From Chloroflexi bacterium B3_Chlor (GTDB lineage Bacteria; Chloroflexota; Anaerolineae; UBA7937; B3-Chlor): a DNA stretch of 64,000 nt. The stretch is taken from positions 2,339 to 66,338 of the forward strand of contig NJBK01000011.1 in assembly GCA_005223035.1 (NCBI GenBank). The letters run 5' to 3'. Each line of letters starts with the position of its first letter. Position 1 is the stretch's first letter. The translations under genes and the position numbers were made by a program. The notes under the pieces are model-generated. The model saw only the letters and a program-made list of their open reading frames with translations. It was not told the origin of the DNA and did no database searches. This document shows, one piece after another, positions 57,954 through 64,000 of the stretch.

Positions 57954-58925
57954 ATGACAGAAAATGAGCAGCGAGAGCTGCTGCGGAGCAAGATCGTGGA
58001 GCGCCTCGACTCTTGCGATGAAGGATCCCTCGTCAAGATCGGGGAGGTGCTGAATTCCATGGAGGACGCGAGAGGTGAGAAGCGGATCCTCTTCAGCGAG
58101 GGCATTACCCGGCGACAGTTCGTGGTGGGCGTCGCGGCTGGTGGGGCCACTCTGGTCTCCACCAACCTGGCAACGGGTCTGGTGGCTGGCTCCCTGGGTG
58201 CCAAGACGGGACAAGCTGTGGCCGAACTGGAGGGCGAAGTTGAGCTGATCAAGCTGCGGGGCCTCCTCGCCCTATATGAGAACCTAGAGCGGGTGGGCAT
58301 AGATGCTATCCTGAGCACAGGCGTCGCTGCTCTCCGCATCTCTCTAGAGGGTGTGGAGAAGGGGATAACGGCGCTTGAAAACGGTGTGGGCTTGATGGAT
58401 GCGGGGGTGACAGCGTTGGAGGAGTCTTTCCCCACCATCCGTAGAGGGTTGAGGGTCGTCGAAAACCTGTTCACCAGCATGGAGAACCGCGTGGCGCGAC
58501 TCCAGGACTTGATGAGCGAGATCCAGGAGGTCGTTAGTCCCCTCAGCGACGCTGTGGGCAGCTTCCTTAGCTCCCTCGTCGAACGCGTCCCCGGCGTTGG
58601 GCCGGCGATACTGGATGCGCTGGACAGGATATCCGAGCTGGTGGGCACTCTGCCGGACGCCATAGGTGAGATCAGGAGCAAGCTCGTGGAGCCGTTGCGG
58701 GAGGATTGGTTCACCGACGACGAAGAATCGGGCCTTAAGGGCAGGCTCTTCAACCCGCTCCAGGAGAACCTGCTGGAGCCACTGGAGGAGTTCCTTGACA
58801 ATCTTGCCAACGCCATAGACGACTGGCAGGAGCAACTCGTCAACCCCATCGAGCAGGCCCTCACCGAGCGAGAGGTCATTAGGGAGCAGATCACGGAGTA
58901 CAAGGAGCGAGAAGGCATAGCGTGA
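57954..58925 (+). CDS. hypothetical helical/coiled-coil protein with an internal Tat-like motif
   Basis: ITRRQFVVG plus a hydrophobic stretch, then amphipathic helices; stop overlaps the PBP start. Confidence 0.75.
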   Translation: MTENEQRELLRSKIVERLDSCDEGSLVKIGEVLNSMEDARGEKRILFSEGITRRQFVVGVAAGGATLVSTNLATGLVAGSLGAKTGQAVAELEGEVELIKLRGLLALYENLERVGIDAILSTGVAALRISLEGVEKGITALENGVGLMDAGVTALEESFPTIRRGLRVVENLFTSMENRVARLQDLMSEIQEVVSPLSDAVGSFLSSLVERVPGVGPAILDALDRISELVGTLPDAIGEIRSKLVEPLREDWFTDDEESGLKGRLFNPLQENLLEPLEEFLDNLANAIDDWQEQLVNPIEQALTEREVIREQITEYKEREGIA

Positions 58926-61051
58926 GAGCGTTCAACCTCATCCTGGCCCTGGCAGTGCTCTTCCTACCGATGGCGGGGTGTGAGGGACCATTGGCGCCCC
59001 GGGACCCTCCCACGCCCGAGACCTCACTCCTTCCCGCCCTGCCGACTGCGCAGGCCTATGTGGACGCGTGGCAAGGGGAGGACTACGAGGCCATGTACGC
59101 GTTGCTGTCCTCGTCGGCTCAGGAGGGCATCACGGAGGAGGAGTTCATCTGGGTCCACGAATCCGTCATGAAGGAGGCGACTGTCCTCGCTCATCACCTG
59201 GAGATCGGTGAGCTCGTGGAGGGGGAAGCAACGGCCCAGGCTGCTTTCACCCTCACCCTGGATACAATCTTACTGGGCACCCCGCAAGTAGATAACGAGT
59301 TGCGCCTCATCTGGGAAGACGTCGGCTGGAGGGTGGATTGGTCTCCGGAGGTGATTCTTCCTTCGCTGAGCAGCGACAATCTGGTGTACCTCCACCGCCT
59401 TACTTCTACCAGGGCGAACGTCTACGATCGCAACGGCAAACCGTTGGCCGTAGAGGGATCCATGGTCACGGTGGGGGTGGTGCCCCAGGACATCGAGGAC
59501 GAATCCAACCTTCTAGCCGAGCTGAGCCGAATCCTCAACATGAGCTGGCACGACATACAATCCCTCTATGCGGCTCCCGGCGTTCAACCCCACTGGTTTG
59601 TGCCCATCGCCGACCTTTCCTTCGAGGACAGCCTTGTCCACGCGGAAGTGCTGAACTCACTGCCTGGAGTGATGCTGAGGGAGACACCAATCCGCACCTA
59701 TCCGCAAGGGGACCTGGCTGCTCACATTGTGGGGTATATGGGAGAGATAAGTCAGCAGGAATTGGCTACCCTGGAAGCGCAGGGGTATGTGGAGGGCGAT
59801 GCCATAGGCAAGGCTGGACTGGAGCGATGGGGGGAGACCTATCTGGCTGGGCGCGCAGGAGGCTTGCTGACCATTGTCACGCCGGAGGGGAAGTTGGTGG
59901 ACACAACAGCCGAGTATCCAGCCACCCAGAGCAGAAGCATCTATTCGACGATTGATCTGGAACTGCAAAGGATCGCCGAGGAGGCTCTGGGAGATCATCG
60001 AGGAGCGGTTGTAGCACTGAACCCCAGCAATGGCGAAGTCCTTGCCATGGCCACCAATCCCCGTTTCGATCCCAATGAGTTGACCTGGGGGCGCTTCGAA
60101 GAGACCCGCTGGGAGGCTCTGGTATCAGATCCGGCTAGTCCGCTGGTTAACCGGGCCACACAGGGCACGTACCCCAGCGGTTCCGTGTTCAAGGTGGTGA
60201 CCGCCGCCGCTGGCATGGAGGGTGCGGGATACTCTCCCCAGACCACTATCAACTGCACGGGCTCCTGGGCAGGACTGGGTCCGGGATGGACAAAGTACGA
60301 TTGGCTCCGTACAGGTCACGGTGCCATGGATTTCCGCTCTGCGATCGTTCGCTCCTGTGACGTCTTCTTCTGGGAGATGGGCCTTCGTTTGAACAGCATC
60401 GACGCCGACCTTCTGCCCTCTTTTAGTCACGGTTTCGGCTTTGGTGAACCAACAGGCGTAGATGCCATAGACGAGAGCGCTGGTCTCGTGCCCGACCCGG
60501 AGTGGAAGGAAGAGTTCTTCACAGGCGAGGGGAACCCTTTCTGGGTGCCGGGGGACGCGGTGAACCTGGCGGTGGGCCAAGGAGACTTGCTGGCGACTCC
60601 CCTGCAGGTCGCCAACATGATGGCCGCCATCGCCAACGGGGGCATCCTCTACCAGCCTCACCTCGTGATGCGCATCTCGGGCACGCCCCAGGAGGAAGAG
60701 CAGATCTTCACCTCCTCGGAGAGGGGGCGACTGCCGATCTCCGAGGCGAACTTGCAGATTGTCCGTGAGGGGCTGGACGGAGTGACCACCGACGCCGGGG
60801 GGACAGCTTACTACGCCTTCGATGGAGCGGCATTCACCTCCGCCGGCAAGACCGGCACCGCCGAGACTCCAGACGAGAAACCTCACGCGTGGTTCGCCGG
60901 CTACGCCCCTGTGGAGGACCCGCAGATCGCGGTGGCTGTGGTGGTGGAGAATAGCGGCGAGGGGTCGGTCTTTGCCGCGCCCATCTGCCGCCAAGTGATG
61001 GAAGCGTACCTCTTTGGCCCTCCTCCGGCTGAACCATCCGAGGAGACATAG
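58922..61051 (+). CDS. mrdA: class B penicillin-binding protein (PBP2/MrdA-like) with NTF2-like N-domain
   Basis: RANVYDRNG, RTYP, GKAGLE, GSVFK, SCD, KTG motifs; possible lipobox MAGC. Confidence 0.88.
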   Translation: MRAFNLILALAVLFLPMAGCEGPLAPRDPPTPETSLLPALPTAQAYVDAWQGEDYEAMYALLSSSAQEGITEEEFIWVHESVMKEATVLAHHLEIGELVEGEATAQAAFTLTLDTILLGTPQVDNELRLIWEDVGWRVDWSPEVILPSLSSDNLVYLHRLTSTRANVYDRNGKPLAVEGSMVTVGVVPQDIEDESNLLAELSRILNMSWHDIQSLYAAPGVQPHWFVPIADLSFEDSLVHAEVLNSLPGVMLRETPIRTYPQGDLAAHIVGYMGEISQQELATLEAQGYVEGDAIGKAGLERWGETYLAGRAGGLLTIVTPEGKLVDTTAEYPATQSRSIYSTIDLELQRIAEEALGDHRGAVVALNPSNGEVLAMATNPRFDPNELTWGRFEETRWEALVSDPASPLVNRATQGTYPSGSVFKVVTAAAGMEGAGYSPQTTINCTGSWAGLGPGWTKYDWLRTGHGAMDFRSAIVRSCDVFFWEMGLRLNSIDADLLPSFSHGFGFGEPTGVDAIDESAGLVPDPEWKEEFFTGEGNPFWVPGDAVNLAVGQGDLLATPLQVANMMAAIANGGILYQPHLVMRISGTPQEEEQIFTSSERGRLPISEANLQIVREGLDGVTTDAGGTAYYAFDGAAFTSAGKTGTAETPDEKPHAWFAGYAPVEDPQIAVAVVVENSGEGSVFAAPICRQVMEAYLFGPPPAEPSEET

Positions 61052-61339
61052 AGCCTGCAAGGGCAGAAGGTGTCGCTCCAAGACTGCCCTAGGGGAGGAG
61101 TAGGCCAGAGCCCGGGCTCACGTGGCGGCGCACCGTCCGTGGCCTGCAGCTACACCCACGATGGCAGTGCGACGCTGACGCAGCTGACCAATCACCCAGC
61201 GATACGACGTTCCAGGAAGGAGACATCGCGCTGACGGTCACCACCTTCGAGGACGAGTTGACGGAGGTTCACTTCGAAAGCCTACGCGTCTAGGCTCCGT
61301 GAGAAGAAGAGCCCAATCCGGGCCTACAGAGTCACGACG

Positions 61340-61370
61340 AGGCGTGTCAAAAAGGCACGCCTTTTGCTTT
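61340..61370 (+). terminator. intrinsic terminator
   Basis: AGGCGTG-loop-CACGCCT followed by TTTGCTTTT. Confidence 0.5.
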
Positions 61371-61464
61371 TGGGTCTAGTGTAGAGATGTGGTATACTTG
61401 TCAACAGTAGAGGACCTGCCAAGGAATAGCACCTATGCTTTCCAGCAGCAGGGGTATTCGGAAG

Positions 61465-62562
61465 ATGAGCTTGCAGATCGGCATCGTCGGCTTGCCTAAC
61501 GTGGGCAAGTCAACCCTATTCAATTCTCTGACCGGGGCCGGAGCGCAGGTGGCTTCCTATCCGTTCACCACTATCGAACCCAACGTGGGCGTGGTGGACG
61601 TGCCCGATGAGCGACTGCTGAAGATCGCCGCCCTGGTGAACCCAGAGAAGGTCACCCCCACGACGATCAGGTTCCTCGATATCGCAGGCCTGGTCAAGGG
61701 GGCCAGCCATGGGGAGGGACTGGGTAACCAGTTTCTGGGACATATCCGAAACGTGGACGCCATCGCCATGGTGGTGCGTTGCTTCCGGGCACCTGATATC
61801 CCTCACGTGGCTGAGGCCCTCGACCCCCGCTCCGACATCGAAGTCATCAACTTGGAGCTGGCTCTGGCCGACTTGGCGACCGTGGAGAAACGCTTGGAGA
61901 AGGTCAGGAAGGCGGCCAAGGGCGAGCCCAAAGAGTGCGAGGTCGAGTTGCACCTGCTGGAGCGCCTTCATGAGGCGTTGAGCCGAGGGGGAAGAGCGGA
62001 GGGGGCGGCCTTGGATGACGAGGAGAAGAGGATTCTGAGGGGCCTTGGCCTGTTCACGGCCAAGCCTCAGCTATATGTGGCTAACGTTGAGGAAGAGGCC
62101 CTCCTGGACGGCGATGAGTTGGCCGAGGGGGTGGAGGAGGCGGGGGTGGATGCCGGGGTCGAAGTGGTGAAGATATGTGCGCAACTGGAGGCTGATCTGG
62201 CCGACTGGCCTCCGGCTGAGGCCGCAGCGTATCGCACCGAGCTGGGGCTGGCGGAATCTGGGCTGCAACAGGTCATTTCGGCGGGCTATCGCCTTCTAAA
62301 CCTGGTTACCTTCTTCACTGCCACAGGTGGCCGAGAGGTTCGCGCCTGGACACTGGTAAGGGGCGGGTCGGCTCTGGAGGCAGCGAGTAAGATACACACA
62401 GACATGCAGAAGGGGTTCATCCGTGCCGAGGTTATCCCCTGCGAGGAACTGATAGCCGCCGGATCCTTCGTCGCAGCGCGGGAGAAGGGAATGATGCGCT
62501 TGGAGGGCCGTGACTACGTGATTCGGGAAGGGGACGTGGTGCACTTCCGCTTCAACGTCTGA
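61465..62562 (+). CDS. ychF: YchF/Ola1 ATPase
   Basis: GIVGLPNVGKSTLFN, DIAGLVKGASHGEGLGNQFL, IHTDMQKGFIRAEV, EGRDY...GDVVHFRFNV. Confidence 0.97.
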   Translation: MSLQIGIVGLPNVGKSTLFNSLTGAGAQVASYPFTTIEPNVGVVDVPDERLLKIAALVNPEKVTPTTIRFLDIAGLVKGASHGEGLGNQFLGHIRNVDAIAMVVRCFRAPDIPHVAEALDPRSDIEVINLELALADLATVEKRLEKVRKAAKGEPKECEVELHLLERLHEALSRGGRAEGAALDDEEKRILRGLGLFTAKPQLYVANVEEEALLDGDELAEGVEEAGVDAGVEVVKICAQLEADLADWPPAEAAAYRTELGLAESGLQQVISAGYRLLNLVTFFTATGGREVRAWTLVRGGSALEAASKIHTDMQKGFIRAEVIPCEELIAAGSFVAAREKGMMRLEGRDYVIREGDVVHFRFNV

Positions 62563-62715
62563 TGTCGCCTGAGGTGTCGCTTACCAGGAGGGGCTGTGAA
62601 GAGGGGAGCAAGTGACTCGATGGCGGAGAAGGGCCTTTGGCGCTGAAGTGCGGCATTCAGTGCCTCGGACTGATGCCTCAAGGATGCGGCAGGCGGAGCG
62701 AAGTGAGGTGGGGCA

Positions 62716-62985
62716 GTGGCTCTGGTGAAGAGGATTCAGGTATCGTTGACGGAGGAACAGTACACGAGGTTGAAGAGCTTGGCTGAAAAGCGCGATGCCT
62801 CCGTGAGCGATCTTGTGCGCCAGGCCATCGAACAGGTGTACATGAGCGATCTGGAGCAAGACCTCGGGGCGCGGGAGGTCCAGCGACTGGGCCAAACGCC
62901 GCTCCTCATCGCCGAGGAGGAGGAAGAGATCGGCATTCGTGGGCCAGAGGTCCTCGCCGAGGGTGAAGGGGGCATTGCAGACTAG
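62716..62985 (+). CDS. CopG/ribbon-helix-helix protein (antitoxin-like)
   Basis: KRIQVSLTEEQYTRLKSLAEKRDASVSDLVRQAIE. Confidence 0.75.
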   Translation: MALVKRIQVSLTEEQYTRLKSLAEKRDASVSDLVRQAIEQVYMSDLEQDLGAREVQRLGQTPLLIAEEEEEIGIRGPEVLAEGEGGIAD

Positions 62986-63241
62986 TAGGGATTTCGCGAG
63001 AGCAGGTACTCTGACCGGTGTCCTTGCTTGAGCACCGTCGCATACAGGGCACGTATGGGCGAGGTCGCCCCATCCTGGGGGTGTGGTGCGATCTCGTTGA
63101 ATTCGAAACAGGACATCTCTTAGGCCCGGGGGCATTCTCCCTGTCCAACTGGTAGCTCGGCCAGGCAGGGCCAGGATTCGGAGTCAATTGTGCAGATGAT
63201 AGAGGGCAGCTGGGGATAGCACAGTCAAGAGGAGGGTGGAG

Positions 63242-64000
63242 ATGAGAGTATTACTGGTACAACCCCCTGAGGGTGGAGGTGTCATCGGATTCAACAAGTT
63301 CGGGCGTCCTGAGCCTCTGGCTTTGGAGATTCTGGCAGCAAGTCTTCCTGATCACGACGTGGAGATTCTTGACATGCGTATTGACGCCGGTTTAGAGCGC
63401 TCCATACAAGCCTTTGGCCCAGATATCGTGGGGGTCACCGGGTACACCCCTGACGTGCCCCACATGCTGGCTGTCTGCAAAGAGGTGAATGCGCTGCACG
63501 CTGAGATCACCACCGTGGTGGGTGGGTATCATGCCACCCTCTGCCCAGAGGACTTCGACGTGCCGTATGTGGACGCGATCGTGGTGGGAGAAGGTGAACA
63601 GACCCTTGCCGAGCTGGTTGCTGCCTTGGGGGAGGATAGGGACCTGGGCGAAGTCTCGGGTCTCGCATACCGCAAGGATGGACGGCAAGTATTCACCGCG
63701 CCCAGGCAGCTTCTGCCAGACCTAGACGAGAGCCCTTTTCCGGCGAGACACTTGACGGATTCCTACAGAGACGATTACTTCTTTCAGTTCTGGTCTTCGC
63801 CGGCCCCAGTCGAGACAGCACGGGGCTGTCCCCACAAGTGCAAGTTCTGCTCAGTATGGGTCTTTCATCGCAGTCGTTGCCGCTTCAAGTCGCCCGAGCG
63901 GGTTGTCAGGGAATTGAAGAGAATAGAGAGTGACATCGCCTACTTCGTGGATGACAACTTTCTGCAGAACCTGCGTCGAGCGGAGAAGGTATGCCATCTA
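63242..64000 (+). CDS. B12-binding radical SAM enzyme (partial, runs off the window)
   Basis: MRVLLVQPP...PEPLALEILA, GGYHAT, GEGE, RGCPHKCKFC, FVDDNF; absent from the ORF track because it has no stop in the window. Confidence 0.9.
   Translation, partial: MRVLLVQPPEGGGVIGFNKFGRPEPLALEILAASLPDHDVEILDMRIDAGLERSIQAFGPDIVGVTGYTPDVPHMLAVCKEVNALHAEITTVVGGYHATLCPEDFDVPYVDAIVVGEGEQTLAELVAALGEDRDLGEVSGLAYRKDGRQVFTAPRQLLPDLDESPFPARHLTDSYRDDYFFQFWSSPAPVETARGCPHKCKFCSVWVFHRSRCRFKSPERVVRELKRIESDIAYFVDDNFLQNLRRAEKVCHL

Overview
GC-rich bacterial chromosomal window, most consistent with a Chloroflexota (Anaerolineae-like) genome; this lineage call is inferred from the gene and surface-protein repertoire. 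Core genes: pyk, rel, PBP2, ychF, carD, rpsU, iscU-like. Other blocks: a sugar/osmolyte cluster (TreT-like GT4, MscS, PfkB, two more GT4s), a four-copy Fsr-like MFS tandem array, two GT-C (TIGR03663/Agl23-like) membrane glycosyltransferases, and many large secreted or surface proteins. Main findings: (1) a Xer-like tyrosine recombinase with a lox/dif-like inverted-repeat site in its promoter, whose 3' end plus a downstream structured-RNA-like segment occurs twice, once ahead of carD and once as a decayed copy ahead of rpsU; (2) three c-di-GMP riboswitches, including a class II + class I tandem, upstream of surface-protein genes, several of which also have TAGTAC operator-like boxes; (3) three different C-terminal sorting-type signals; (4) a multiheme lipoprotein cytochrome with a CxxCK motif. 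No rRNA, tRNA or CRISPR array was seen. All calls come from reading motifs by eye, with no database searches.
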